Origin: Octopus sinensis
Taxonomy: Eukaryota
Direction of reading: 5' to 3'
Length of the DNA: 64,000 nt
NCBI RefSeq assembly: GCF_006345805.1
Contig: NC_042999.1
Location: 151,900,001 to 151,964,000 of the forward strand
Part shown: one piece after another, positions 37,945-50,975 of the stretch
Layout of the letters: each line of letters starts with the position of its first letter
How positions within the stretch are numbered: the stretch's first letter is position 1
Translations under genes and position numbers: made by a program
The notes under the pieces: generated by a model
The model's database searches: none
What the model was told of the DNA's origin: nothing
The model's input: only the letters and a program-made list of their open reading frames with translations

Positions 37945-38910
37945 TGCCACAGAGGGGACAAACACTGACAGACAAAGGGATTAAGTCGATTACATCGACC
38001 CCAGTGCGTAACTGGTACTTATTTAATCAACCCCAAAAGGATGAAAGGCAAAGTTGACCTTGGCGGAATTTGAACTCAGAACGTAATGGCAAATGAAATG
38101 GCTATTTCTTTACTACCCACAAGGGGCTAAACAAAGAGAGGACAAAGAAGGACAAGGACAGACAAAGGGATTAAGTCAATTACATCGACCCCAGTGCGTA
38201 ACTGGTACTTATTTAATCAACCCCAAAAGGATGAAAGGCAAAGTTGACCTCGGCGGAATTTGAACTCAGAACGTAATGGCAAATGAAATGGCTATATCTT
38301 TACTACCCACAAGGGGCTAAACAAAGAGAGGACAAACAAGGACAAGGACAGACAAAGGGATTAAGTCGATTACATCGACCCCAGTGCGTAACTGGTACTT
38401 ATTTAATCAACCCCAAAAGGATGAAAGGCAAAGTTGACCTCGGCGGAATTTGAACTCAGAACGTAATGGCAAATGAAATGGCTATTTCTTTACTACCCAC
38501 AAGGGGCTAAACAAAGAGAGGACAAACAAGGACAAGGACAGACAAAGGGATTAAGTCGATTACATCGACCCCAGTGCGTAACTGGTACTTATTTAATCAA
38601 CCCCAAAAGGATGAAAGGCAAAGTTGACCTCGGCGGAATTTGAACTCAGAACGTAATGGCAAATGAAATGGCTATTTCTTTACTACCCACAAGGGGCTAA
38701 ACAAAGAGAGGACAAACAAGGACAAGGACAGACAAAGGGATTAAGTCGATTACATCAACCCCAGCGCGTAACTGGTACTTAATTTATCGATCCCGAAAGG
38801 ATGAAAGGCAAAGTCGACCTCAGCAGAATTTGAACTTAGAACATAACAGCAGACGAAATACGGCTACGCATTTCGCCTGGCGTGCTAACATTTCTGCCAG
38901 CTCGCCACCC
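37945..38910 (-). repeat. Tandem array of a 190-bp SINE-C-derived unit (about 5 copies), with a complete SINE head at the right end
   Basis: GCTAT(T/A)TCTTTACTACCCACAAGGGG at 38101, 38291, 38481 and 38671 (period exactly 190). Units are nearly identical. Confidence 0.95.
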
Positions 38911-39114
38911 TATATAAATCCTGCCATATACCTCCCCATCTAAACCATGCTAACATAGGATAAAACAGATATTAAATAAACAAACAAATAATACCTTATC
39001 GTGTTGTGTCTGGGGAGAGTGATATTGTCTTAATGCCTTATACTTTCTTTTTTCTTTGTGTGTAATTTTGTTGTCTTCTTCATTGTTGAAGCAAAAATAT
39101 CTATTTTTTCCTAC

Positions 39115-39290
39115 TTTTTTACTTGTGTCAGTAATTTCACTGTAGCCATGCTGGAGCACTGCCTTTAGTTGAGCAAATCAACCCCAGGACTTATTCCTAT
39201 CAGTCTCTTTTGCCAAACCGCTAAATTAAGGTGACGTAAACATACCAGCAATGTTGAGGGGACAAACATAGATACATAAACACACACACA

Positions 39291-39322
<32 letters not shown>

Positions 39323-39480
39323 GTATATACGACAGGCTTCTTTCAGATTCTGTCTACCAAATCCACTCACAATGCTTTGGTTGGCCCGTGGCTATAGTAG
39401 AAAACACTTGCCCAAGGTGCCACTCAGTGAGACTGAACCCAGAACTATGTAGTTGGTAAACAAGCTACTTACCATACAGC
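39115..39480 (-). mobile_element. SINE family B
   Basis: Tail, internal (CA)n and head ...GCTACTTACCATACAGC. Confidence 0.82.
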
Positions 39481-42304
39481 TGTAGAGATTTTCAAAATTT
39501 GTAATTATGTAATTGCTTCAAATATCAACACAAGGCATGCAGTTATGATGGAAGATGGTTTTTGATACCATCAGCCCCAACACTTGACAAATACTTTATT
39601 TTATCAACCCTGGAGAGACAAAAGATAAAATTGATCTTGGTGGAAATTGAACTCAGAATGAGAAGAGCCAGCTGGAAGAAAAAGCTACAATGCATTTTTT
39701 TCCGGCACTCTAATGATTCTGCCAGCTAGCTAGCTGTCTTTGGGAAATTATATAATAAATGAAATCCTATTTTGAAAGGACATATTTAACAAGCAAATTT
39801 CAGCCGTTGCAAAGACATGATAGTGCAGCAACTACAGTAGCAGCAGCAACAGCAGCAGCCAGATTATCTAAACAGGAAATTATGAATATGGTGCTTATCT
39901 ACAAGTTTCATATATGTGTATGTATGCATGTGAATGTGTGTGTGTGCGTGCGTGTGTGCATATGCATTAATATTATGGAAGCATGGTTTCACATATATTT
40001 TTTACAAATTCTTGCTCATGCTTCACTTTGAGTTAATACTGCTTTTTTTTTATGATGAGATTAAAATTTGAGATAAAATTTCTGTGTCATAACTCTGTGT
40101 GTGTGTGTATATTTGCTTTCAGTAAAATGCATGTTTGGAAAGAAGTTGAGAAAAATTTTGGTTAAAAAAACTTAACCTATTCAATGAATCATAGCAAAAT
40201 AAACATCAAACCATATTTTTGACACAAATAAAACAGGATGTCTATTATGTACATACATGGACTTACAGTTACAAACACACCATTACATATGATAGTAGAC
40301 TAGACTATCTTATATACAGTTCCAGGGCTCCACTGGCAGCTGGCACTTCCCTTGGGTGGCAGACAGGGGAACATCATGTAGATATTTAGAACATCTGTTG
40401 TATAAGTTAGTGCATTATATTGATATGCAACCATGGGCCAAAGCGGCAAAACTACCTAGATGAAATGAGCCAATGCTAACAAGCTGAACCTAAAAAGAAA
40501 ACGCCATGGAAAGCCTTTGATAGTTCTGTGACAAAGCATGCGAAGGTGTTTTCAAATAACTTTATATGCAGTTAGGATGTATAGAGGGCCAGCCCTAGAG
40601 TTGCTGGTACTCCTGGCAAGCTGAACATCGGCATGTACAAGTTGGCAGTTGTGGAAATTTCCTTGTCTTTGTCATTTCCTCCTTGATGCCCCCTAGCACA
40701 TGGCACCCTGGGCAATTGTCTGAGTTGCCAGTACCTTGAGCCAGCCCTGGGTGTATATGAGCCAGACTCAGATGAGGCTGAAACTCAGCATGTCTCTGCA
40801 GATTCCTATCTACCCTATTGTCTTGATTTTTGCTAGACACATAGATAACCAGCAAGCATCCAGCTGAGTAATGCTTGGCCTCTTCATCACCATTATTAAC
40901 AATTCTCTCCACAACTTTTGCTTTTCCCCTCTATTTCATATCTCATTTCTTATTGCATTGAATAACAAATAGCAGGTACAATCATGGATGACAATGAAGG
41001 TTAACGATTGTACTTCTTCATCCAAGTCTGTGTTTCTTGTATTGGTTCTGTGTCACATCTACATACACATCAGGGACATGGTGGAACTGAAGAAGGAGAA
41101 AAGCAATATCTTTGTTGAATCAATGGACAGTCATAGCACAGCAGTGTATATAACATAATCTATTGTCAGCTCTGATTACACATGAAAATAGACATCTAAG
41201 GAGCAAAGCCCCTGAAGTAGCAGTAGAGAAGGCAGAAAGGAGAGACAGCATGTCTGTGATCCAGAGGCTGGAGTGTGTTGGTAAATGACTCCTTGTCAGC
41301 TAGTCAAGTTATAGGATATACAACATTATAAATTATCGCTTTTTATTAAGGATGTATAACACGTAAGATACTACATACAAACCTGGGAAATTATAGGAGT
41401 TTCAACTGTTGACCTTTAGTAGTCAGAGAATTTTTTATTTTTTTGCTGCCCTGATTGATTAGTAAAGTTGCACTCACAAACGTACTACATTTTCTTAACT
41501 TTGTGACATGCAACTTTGCTCTCTTATTTTCTCTCGTTACTACAGCAGCCTCTAGTCTCTTGAACTATTTACTTGTATATCCTCTACACTTAAACACACT
41601 CAATACATCCACCGCTTCACTTAATCCCCCTTAAATCCTACATCAAACACTTTGTCCATTCTCTCCTTCCCAGAATTGTAAACCTCCAGTTGTCTTTATC
41701 CTATATACCTATATTTCCCTAAAGACAGTGACCCACAGATATTCAGTTGAAACAACAACTGCATACATAAGAGGGGACATCTACAGTAACAAATTGTCTT
41801 ATAGAGGCAATAGCTCTTCGAGTACCATAGAAGGGTGAAAATTTTCTGGTTTCAATTCTCAGTTGAGCAATTTCAATTCATTCTACTTCATATCAACAGC
41901 TGATCAAAGAAGAGTAAATATCCTGAAGAAAGATGTGTTCTTACATAATGTGTTTCTTTTTGACTTACTGGATAAACAAAAGACTTTATTAGAAACAAAC
42001 ATATCGGCTGTATTGATGAAGCATTGAGTTAACTGCATTGCTGCAGTTTGACGATCTCTTTTGTCATAACGAGTTTACTCAATCTGCCAAAGATAGCAGT
42101 CAAACCTCATTCAAATCACAATTTATTATCTTAAAGAAGGGATACTGTCCTATATTTTAGAGATGAAGAATTCTGTACATTATTTACACTGGATAGATAT
42201 GTGTCCTCATCTTAAGAATGAGGACACAGGGTTACAGTCATTCATTTCACATTGTCGATATCACATTATACAAAGAAGTTACTGGACAAAATGCTTAAAG
42301 ATTG

Positions 42305-42520
42305 CGTAAGGCAGTGAGCTGGCAGAAACATTAGCACGCTGGGCGAAATGTTTAGCAGTATTTCGTCTGTCTTTATGTTCTGAGTTCAAATTCCACCGAG
42401 GCCAACTTTGCCTTTCATCCTTTCAGGGTTAATAAACTAAGTACCAATTATGTACTGGGATTAATCTCATCAACTGGCCCCCTCCCCACAAATTTCAGGC
42501 TTTGTGCCTAGAGCAGAAAC
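42305..42520 (+). mobile_element. SINE family C
   Basis: GTAAGGCAGTGAGCTGGCAGAAACATTAGCACG...GAGTTCAAATTCCACCGAGG. Confidence 0.88.
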
Positions 42521-43059
42521 AAATATGTAAAGGAATATGAAACTAAACTGAGTTGGGTAAAGTATTTTACTCTAGAAGGCACTAAACTAACTCTGTCGAG
42601 TTTCAACAAACCTGCAATGATATATATACTGAAGGCGTTGTATCAGAGTTTTACCAGTTCTTAATTTTCTACATTTTATGTATTCAGATTATAACAACAT
42701 ACAACAATACAAAAGCTGTTATGTCTTGTTTCTCTGTTACTTCCACACCCACTCTTAAAACCCACTGCATCTAATTCTTTGCAACAATATTGTCTTCTTA
42801 TCAATAGGTAAAGGCAATGACGCATTGATTATCTTATTCATTTATTTTAAAGTAGTTTGGTGCTGAAATTATAGGAAGAAGTGTAAGAGATGCTCTTAAC
42901 AATTAACTACATTATTTCTATGGCAAATATATATTTGTGGGAAATAAGCCTCAACAAAATACAAGATGAGACATATTTCACTAATCTAAATAGTTTATCT
43001 AGTTTCCAGTTTATGTCCAACTATTGTCGTTTTGCTTGTGAAGAATGTCTATAGTGTAT

Positions 43060-43199
43060 ATATATATACACATACACACACACACAACACAAACATTCAT
43101 AAAGTAATACATAGATGGACAGATAGATGCATACATATATAAATGCACAGATGTATGTATATGTGTGTAATGTATATATATAATATATATATATATATA

Positions 43200-43237
<38 letters not shown>

Positions 43238-43275
43238 CACACACACCACACACATATATATATATACACACATAC

Positions 43276-43344
<69 letters not shown>

Positions 43345-43530
43345 ATATACACACACACACAACACAAACATTCATAAAGTAATACATAGATGGACAGATA
43401 AATGTATAAATGTATATATATATATAGATATACATTTATATGTGTGAATATATATACATATATACAAACACATACATGCATACATACATACATACATACA
43501 TACATACATACATACATACATACATACATA
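43060..43530. repeat. Compound (TA)/(CA)/(TACA) microsatellite containing a duplicated ~45-bp unique segment
   Basis: ACACACAACACAAACATTCATAAAGTAATACATAGATGGACAGATA at about 43080 and 43355. Confidence 0.9.
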
Positions 43531-44001
43531 CATACAAACACACACTGTGTAACTCTCTTTTCAGTGTGTATTACACATATATACATACATCAACGCACAT
43601 GCACTTGCACGTACAAAACTAATAAACAAACAATGATTTTTGTTAAGGCACTTAACAGCACTTCACTATGTAAATGGCTCTCTGCTAACTGCCACTGGCA
43701 TGTTTGGTTCTCACCATTAGAACAGAACTATTTTAGGTTATTATTTCCAGTCCAGCCAACCTTCATATTATTATTCTGAACCACCGATGGGAAAAAGTCA
43801 GCTCTTTATATAATTTGACTGGAATTAGTCAATTGCAGTTGTGCTCTTTTACTCTTTCTCCAAAAATCTCCCCACCACACACATACACATACACACACAC
43901 GTACGCATACACACATACATACATATATACATTCTCTCCTCTCTCCCCTTTTTCTCAGATACACCTCCATATATAAACACAAAAGACATACACACATACA
44001 T

Positions 44002-44038
<37 letters not shown>

Positions 44039-44298
44039 TTACTTTACACTTGATTCTTTTTTCTTTTCCACTGTGTCACAGTTACATTATTGTTGTTGTT
44101 GTTATTATTATTATTATTATCATCACTGTTTGTTTTTTTCTCCCTTTTCCAACATGTTTTATCAGGGATATACTGTATTTACCATAGATTTACAACAGCA
44201 TATCACCAGAGTTGTATTCAAACCTTGCTCTTTTCTTAATTTCCAACCATTATCCCTGAAGCATTTTCCTTTATTTAACAACCATACAGTTTTATATA

Positions 44299-44349
<51 letters not shown>

Positions 44350-44690
44350 TTCTTTCCTTCATCTCTGATTTCAATTTTATCTTCATTGATCCTTTAGCAT
44401 TTAAAATGACCATATCTGGCCCAAATATTTTACCTGTTTTATGTTCAAATTGTCAAAAACTAGCTTCTTACACCTACCCTACAATGTCATTCTAAAAATA
44501 CACAATCACATCATTATAATTTCAAAGCCACAAGATTGGCTCAAAATGATTGATTCAAAACAATGTGAATTTATAAGTATTAAACTTAACTGGGTAATCT
44601 GAAGCTCCCACCATATTTTACTTAATTAATATTATTCTACTTTAACAACTTGTTCCTATATCTAGCTCTCCATGTGATCCCTTCTCTTAA

Positions 44691-44910
44691 CCCATTAGTG
44701 CCCATGGCCCTTTTCTTAGGATCTGAAGGATAGTCCATCATATTTCTGCAACACCTGTATTTTTCTGAGATATCTTTAGTTATTCATCAAGACTGGAGTG
44801 TCTTTCAGATATTGTAATAAAATTTTTTTCACATATTTTGTATCAGATAAAGTCGTATAAAAAGAGATTTTTGATAATAAATTAAATTAAAAAAACTGGG
44901 CACTAATGGG
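44691..44910. mobile_element. piggyBac-like MITE, 220 bp, perfect 14-bp TIRs
   Basis: TTAA|CCCATTAGTGCCCA ... TGGGCACTAATGGG|TTAA. Confidence 0.88.
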
Positions 44911-46288
44911 TTAATCTTTTTTTTTCTTCTTTTCTCACTCTGTTCTGTTCCCATTCTCTCTAGCTTCCATTTCTCCTTTCCTCTCATCAATTATCTTACC
45001 CCAGCCAGTTACAAATTAAGCCAGACCATCTCCATATCTGACACTAACTAAAAAGGCCATCAACAATATAACAACAACTGAAGAAATTGCTTGTCCTTCC
45101 TGTCTTCAAGCCAAGCACCTTAATATCAACAAATGTTGTAATTAACTCCACACAGTTCCTCTCTCTCTCTAGACATTCTATATTCATATAAGCTTTATTT
45201 CTTACTCCACCCACCTCTCTCTCTCACACATTTTCTTTTTCTGTCTATCCTTCTTCCTTCCTCTTTCTTCCTTCCTACATTTCTCTTTTATCTTTGACTT
45301 ACTTTTCTCTCTTACTCTCACTATTATCCCTTCCTCCTCCTATCACTCATCGCTTTTCCCCCTGTATCTCCTCTCTTTACTTCTCTGTTTCTTAATGCTT
45401 TTGTATTATTCCGGCTTTTGTGTGTGTATGTGTGTGTGTGTGCGCGCGCGTGTGTGTGTGTGTGTGTGTGCGCACGTGTGTGTGTGTGTGTGTGTGTTGT
45501 GTGTGTGTGTGCGTGTCTGTATGCGTGGATTGAGCTCATCTTACATCTTTGTCATGTTATAGTTGTTGTGGGTGATGATGATGGTGATGACAACAACAAC
45601 AATAATGATGATAATGATGATGATGATGACAATGGTACCAGCAACAACAACGATGATGTTGATGATGACAATGATGTTGATGATGACAACAATGATGATG
45701 ACGATGATGATAATAATGATGATGATGATAATGATGATGACAGCAATGACAACAATATTGTTTCTGTTCTACTTGCTTAACTTTAACTTCCTAATTTGTT
45801 TTCTTCTTTCTGTTTATTCCTTTTTTCTTCTTTATTTTTCTTTCTTTCATTCATTTTCATTTCTTCCTCCATCCTCCACTTCTTCACTTCTCCATCTATC
45901 CCCCTTTTATTTATTTTCAATTGAAATCCAGCTCCTCGGAATCTTGGTCCTGTAAATTATCTGCTCTCCACCATACTTTAAATCTCAATGTCTCCATCAA
46001 AGAGATTATTCAAGGAGTTTCGTGCAATTCTTTTTTTTCCTATATTGAGATAAGTAAGGCATTTTGGTGCAACAATGAGACATGACTATGATAAAGATCT
46101 GAAGTACAGTTAATGATATTAACTTCATACAAACATAACCTCAGCTAATACAACATAGTTTTCATGCATCTGATATATAGATTTCTCTCCAAGATAAAAC
46201 TTAATTGTTCCTTATAATCTTTTTTGATGTGTGCCAAAATGAGTTAGGGCTAAGAGCCAGAGTTTATTAACCTGGAATATTTCTTCAG

Positions 46289-46318
46289 CATACCACTGAG
46301 AATTAACAGTTCCAGCAG
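46289..46318 (+). CDS. Candidate 30-nt phase 2-2 mini-exon
   Basis: ATATTTCTTCAG|CATACC...CAGCAG|GTAAGA. The only open frame is IPLRINSSS. Confidence 0.25.
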
Positions 46319-46704
46319 GTAAGAGGAGTAAAAATATCTTTAAATATCTGTTACCTGTTAAAATCGATTCCAAATTTATTGATTTCAAGCTCATAAAATT
46401 TTTTATATATATATACTATTTTTTTTTCTATATAGATAGTGTGGATATATAATGAAGACCTCACCAATGTAGATTAGTAATTTTAGAATAGTTACACGTA
46501 TAGCTGTCAAGAGCCTTGTTCATTTTATGCAATAAATAAAGAAGCCATGTTTGACATTAAAATCTTGTAATGATGATGGAAGAGGTAGCTGTTTGGAGAA
46601 CATATCCTTTAAATAATAATATCTATAATTTAAAACATTCTAAATACAACTGGCCCTCTGTCGGTTACAACAACAAGTGTTCCGGTTCATCTGATCAATG
46701 GAAA

Positions 46705-46890
46705 AGCATCATCATCATCATCATCAGCATCATCGTTTAACGTCCGTTTTCCATGCTAGCATGGGTTGGACGGTTCGACCGGGGTCTGGGAAGCCAGGAG
46801 GCTGCACCAGGCTCTAGTCTGATCTGGCAGTGTTTCTACAGCTGGATGCCCTTCCTAACGCCAACCACTCCGTGAGTGTAGTGGGTGAAA
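46705..46890 (-). mobile_element. Young RTE 3' tail
   Basis: Near-identical reverse complement of 1770-1938, with CpGs intact. Confidence 0.9.
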
Positions 46891-46896
46891 TCAATA

Positions 46897-47326
46897 TGCA
46901 GGTGTGACTGTGTGGTAAGAAGCTTGCTTCCCAACCACATGGTTCCAGGTTCGGTCCTAATGCGTGGCACCTTGAGCAAGTGTCTTCTACTATAGCCTCA
47001 AGCTGTCCAGAGCCTTATGAGTGGATTTGGTGGACAGAAACTGAAAGAAGCTCCTTGTGTGTGTATATATATATGTATATATATATGTATTCTTTATTAA
47101 AATGGCAGCAAAAATATCACAACTGTTACTCAAAGTTTCATGTTCCCATTTATCGGACAGTTTTATTTAGATTCTAAATAAAACTGTCTGACAAACAGGA
47201 ATGTGAAACTTTCAGAAACAGTTTTTGTGATATTTTTGCTGCCTCTTTAATAAAATATATTACTCTACCTTTGGTATTTGAAAACTATTTTCTCCACCTT
47301 GCTTCACATATATGTGCTTACTCTGG

Positions 47327-47361
<35 letters not shown>

Positions 47362-47490
47362 GCATGCATGCGTGCGTGCGTGCGTGCGTGCGTGTGTGTG
47401 TATGTATGTATTTGTGTGTTTGTGTCTGTGCTTGTTCCCCCCACCCCATCATTTGACAACCGATGTTGGTGTGTTTATGTCCCTTACATG
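46897..47490 (+). mobile_element. SINE family B interrupted in its internal microsatellite by the palindromic hammerhead element
   Basis: Head 46897-47050. The body resumes TTGTTCCCCCCACCCCATCATTTGACAACCGATG at about 47430. Confidence 0.8.
47092..47254. mobile_element. Second copy of the palindromic double-hammerhead element (both cores decayed)
   Basis: CTTTATTAAAATGGCAGCAAAAATATCAC...TTTATTTAGATTCTAAATAAAA...GTGATATTTTTGCTGCCTCTTTAATAAA. Cores read CTGACAA (+) and CCGATAA (-). Confidence 0.85.
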
Positions 47491-49464
47491 CCTTCTAATG
47501 TTGTGATAGTGGTTTTGATGACAACTATGATGAGACTCCTTTTTTTGGCAGGACCAAATTAAAAAAAAAATTTATTAAAAGTACAGATATTTTAAACATT
47601 TCTCTCGTACATAATGCACTAGATGAATAGTAAATATTAACAGGAAATTAATTTGAAATATGGCAGATCTATTTACTGTAAACTTGGAATTGTGAATTAA
47701 GTTCCTTGGGATTATGAATACAGATGTGTTTTGGTACAGTATTTAAGTATTTTTTATTGCTCAAGAGGAGGAGTAAGGGTTGTACTTGTAGTAGTTTTTG
47801 TAATCTCTGAATCTGGTGGGGAAGGGGAATTGAGAGGAAACCCTGTGTATTCTGAGACTGGATACTTGGATCAAATGCTTGCAATAGCCTGGATATTACT
47901 ACAAGTATCCAGTGCTCAGCTGATGGGGTTAAATCAGGTGATGGATTCAGTCAGTGTCCCAACTACAGATACAATCCATGTGACAGGCTTACACTCAACA
48001 ATGTGAGAAGAATCAGTATAACCTACCTTTTGTGTTGTGTCTGAGGAGAGTCATATTGTTTTAATGCCTTATTATCCAACACACACACTGGTTCGATTTC
48101 CACTCATTTATTATTTATATTTTTCTTCCAAAATTTTCATTGCTTTTGCAACGTTGTCTCTTATGGATATGTATGATTGCCTGATTTTTCTACAGATGTA
48201 ATCAGGCTAACCATAAACCCTAACAGGTATTTGTCTGGACACTGGACTCCAAAAACTTTTAAGGAGTTGTGTTTAACTCTAACTTCACAAGGCTTGGCAT
48301 GGTCTTAGACCATAGTAAAACATACTTCCTCAAGGTGCCTGACAGTGGGATTGAACTAGATTCTTTATAACATAATGTTCTACTCTTTTTTCATATCCTC
48401 TCTTCTCTACCAAGAATGGTCCCTCTCTGAAATATTGGTTGCTTCTGCTCTTCTTCGCCACACTATCGTATTTCACATTGAGCATTTTACAAAACTAAAG
48501 TTTCCTTTTTTTTATGAATGATTTAATGTTATTTAGATGATTTAGAATAGAATATGTTATCAACACCCTCTCTTTCTACTTTTCTTCTTTATCATCACCA
48601 TCACCATCATCAACAGTATTATTATCATCATCTTTGTCTTTGTCATTGTCGTGACTGCAACATCCTTCCTTATGCTTAACATGGGCAAGAGGTGATATAA
48701 TACGATGATAGAGAATATGATTTGGAATGACAAGACATGGCATAATGTAATATGAGAATGTGAAATCTATAATATAGACTGGCTTATATAATACCATTCA
48801 TACAAAACAATGATCAATCATTTAAGTGTATGAGGAGGGCGTATACATGAATGCGTGTATGTGCATGAGTTTGTGTGCGTGGACTTATTTATATATGTGT
48901 ATGCTTGAGTTTGTGTGTGTACATACATGAATGTGTGTGTGTGCATGAGTTTGTATGTGTGCATACGTGAATGTGTGTGTGTGCATGAGTTTGTGTGTGT
49001 ATGTGTGTTCATGAGATTGGGTGTGTCCATATGTGAATGTGTGTGTGTGTGCATGCATGAGTTTGTGTGTGTGTGTGTGTGCATGAGTTTGCGTGTGTGT
49101 GTATGTGTGTGTGTGTGTGCTTGTGTATTTAGTATGCCTTTTTCCTGACATTGGACACTAATTGTAAGCAAACATCACCACCATACAAGTGGTAACACTC
49201 AATTGCATCCTTTCATGAAAACGCATCCAGCCATTGTGCTGTTCGTGTTCAACGGCTTAGAGTATACCATATTTACTTTACTTGCAAACAGTTGAAGGTT
49301 GGCAAGAGGAAGAGCATCCAGCTGTAAATACTCTGCCTCTATATAATTCATCCAAGTGAATCAAACATGGAAAAGTAGATGTTGGGACAATCATGATAAC
49401 AGCAATGATGGTGTTGGTGATGTGTGTTTGTAAACAGCTATATTTAAAGGCACATATAAACTTT

Positions 49465-49905
49465 TCTACTCTAGGTACAAGGTGTGAAATTTTGGGGGAG
49501 GGGCCGGACAATTAGATCGACCCCAGTATGCAACTGATACTTAATTTATTGACCCCAAAAGGATGAAAGGCAAAGTCGACTTCAGCAGAATTTGAACTCA
49601 GAATGTAAAGACAGACGAAATACTGCTAAGCATTTCACCCGGCGTGCTAACAATTCTGCCAGCTTGCCACCTTGCTAATACTGTATATTCTTTTCTACTC
49701 TAGACACAAGGCACAGAATTTTTGGGTAGGGAGCCAATCGATTAGATCGACCACAGTATACTACTGGTTCTTAATTTATCGACCCTGAAAGGATAAAAGG
49801 CAAAGTCGACCTCGGCGGAATTTGAACTCAGGATGTAAAAACAGACGAAATACTGCTAAGCAATTTGCCTGGTGGACTAACGATTCTGCCAGTTTGTTGC
49901 CTTTA
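49465..49905 (-). mobile_element. Two adjacent full-length SINE family C copies
   Basis: TTTTCTACTCTAG..ACAAGG tails at about 49465 and 49690, each followed by body and head. Confidence 0.88.
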
Positions 49906-50044
49906 AAGGCAGGTATATAGAGACAGACAATGACAAACATAGCATCAAATATATAGATATTTACAGAAAGCACATAATTACAAAAAAACTGAAGGATATA
50001 GATCTATGCACACTGGTAGCCACATAGACAGACATGCCCTTTTT

Positions 50045-50254
50045 ATCTGTTGCCTGTTTCAGTCATTAGACTGTGGCCATGCTGGGGAACCACCCTGAAG
50101 AAATTTTTAGTTGAATGAATTGACACCAGTATCTTTTTTTTTTTTAAAGCTTGGTAATTCTATCAATCACTTTTAGCAAACTGCTAAGTTATGGTGAGAT
50201 ATACACACCAATACTGGTTGTCAAGCAGTGCTGGGGGAACAAGCATACACACAT

Positions 50255-50332
<78 letters not shown>

Positions 50333-50619
50333 GCGCAACATGGTGGTTTTCCAGCATGGCCACAGCATCTGGGCTGAAACATATAAAGGAAAAAGAATCA
50401 ATATATCTATCTATCTATCTATATACAATTATATATATATGTATATATGTGTGTGTGTATGTATAAATATATATATATATACATACACACACACACACAA
50501 CACACACACACACATAAATATATATATATATATATATATATACTAAAAATTAATATAAATACATATATATGTATATGTATACATATATATGTAAATGTAT
50601 ATATGTGTGTGTGTGTATG

Positions 50620-50650
<31 letters not shown>

Positions 50651-50654
50651 TATA

Positions 50655-50692
<38 letters not shown>

Positions 50693-50725
50693 TATATATA
50701 TATACACATATATATATATATATAT

Positions 50726-50767
<42 letters not shown>

Positions 50768-50975
50768 TAAAAATTATATAAACAACCAGGCGCAATATAT
50801 ATATATATATAGATCACAGGCTTCTTTCAGTTTCCATCTACCAAATTCACTCACAAGGCTTTGGTTGACCCAAGGCTGTAGTAGAAAATAGTTGCCCAAG
50901 GTATCATGCTGTGAGACTGAACATGGAACACTGTGGTAGGAAAGCAAACTTCTTATCACACTCCCACACCTGCAG
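50045..50975 (-). mobile_element. SINE family B with massively expanded internal microsatellites
   Basis: Tail and body 50045-50250, head 50815-50975, with (CA)n/(TA)n tracts and a further SINE fragment between. Confidence 0.7.

Noticed and set aside
39759-40031. ORF with PLQRHDSAATTVAAATAAARLSKQEIMNM
   Set aside because: The Ala run comes from a (GCA)n microsatellite and the splice signals are weak.
45560-45750. Asp/Asn-rich reading frame suggestive of an acidic protein
   Set aside because: It is a compound (GAT)/(AAC) trinucleotide repeat with no exon boundaries.
47857-47913. 12-bp perfect inverted repeat ACTGGATACTTG/CAAGTATCCAGT (pre-miRNA-like size)
   Set aside because: The stem does not extend. 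One such match is not unexpected by chance in 64 kb of AT-rich DNA.
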